Part shown: positions 63,571 to 64,000 of the stretch, one piece after another
How positions within the stretch are numbered: the stretch's first letter is position 1
How the letters are laid out: every line of letters starts with the position of its first letter
Assembly: GCF_963921235.1 (NCBI RefSeq)
Contig: NC_086097.1
Span: 23,004,001-23,068,000 of the forward strand
From: Mobula hypostoma
Lineage: Eukaryota
Length of the DNA stretch: 64,000 nucleotides
Direction: 5' to 3'
Translations under genes and position numbers: made by a program
Notes under the pieces: generated by a model
What the model was told of the DNA's origin: nothing
Databases searched by the model: none
The model's input: only the letters and a program-made list of their open reading frames with translations

Positions 63571-63781
63571 AAAAAGGAATTCAGTTCAGAGAAATGAGGC
63601 AGTGCAGTTGGGTAGGGGAAACAAGGCAAAGACAGTGGTGGGAATACATAGTGGTCCAGTTAGATACCTCATGGGTTTAGGGACCCACATTCAATCTTGA
63701 GCCTTGATACTGTCCATGTGGAGTTCAACTGGGTCTTGTGTCCTTCCACATCTTAAAGATTAAACTTATTTGTCACATGTA

Positions 63782-64000
63782 CAGTACTGTGCAGAAGTCT
63801 TGGGCATCCTAGATTTTTTATCTGGTTTCAGATGGTGTGGCCTCCAGAGAGCCCTGATCTCAACATCATCAAGGCTGTCTGGGATTACCTGGAAAGACAG
63901 AAGCAGACAAAACAGCTAAAGTCTCTAGAACAACTGTGGCAAGTTCTCCAAGATGTTTGGAACAACCTACCAGCTGATTTTCTTATAAAATTGCACGGCA
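63782..64000 (+). mobile_element. Tc1-like element, left end
   Basis: TA then CAGTACTGTGCAGAAGTCTT, followed by a WPPESPDLNIIKAVW transposase motif remnant. Confidence 0.8.

Noticed and set aside
45000..64000. Next neurexin exon (VVYKNND..., start of LNS3)
   Set aside because: No such peptide appears in the ORF track or by inspection, so it presumably lies beyond the window.

Overview
Eukaryotic (vertebrate) genomic DNA, very likely a cartilaginous fish (ray or shark). This is inferred from the repeat landscape: HE1/V-type tRNA SINEs, HER1/CR1 LINEs, Rex1/Babar-like LINEs, Penelope-like elements, Tc1 and hAT MITEs and Gypsy-type LTRs. The window lies inside an alpha-neurexin gene on the + strand, most likely NRXN3. 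It holds the exons encoding most of LNS domain 2: a 302-nt exon (41730-42031), the alternatively spliced splice-site-2 (SS2) mini-exon with two donors (43480-43503 or 43480-43524) and a 162-nt exon (44833-44994). The rest is intron. The exons sit in a ~4.3-kb island without recognisable transposons, which carries an ACTAAY cluster upstream of SS2, a TGCATG (RBFOX) cluster downstream, and a candidate unannotated stop-containing (poison) exon at 44324-44365. The most notable non-genic signal is a family of Penelope-derived short insertions whose consensus is a minimal type-I hammerhead ribozyme (CAGTC-CTGATGA-AGGGTCTCGGCCC-GAAA-CG-TC-GACTG). One fold-back copy has its junction at the predicted cleavage site. 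No single copy is perfect. Nearly all other ORFs in the track are spurious or decayed transposon fragments. Repeat boundaries without a TSD or TIR are approximate.
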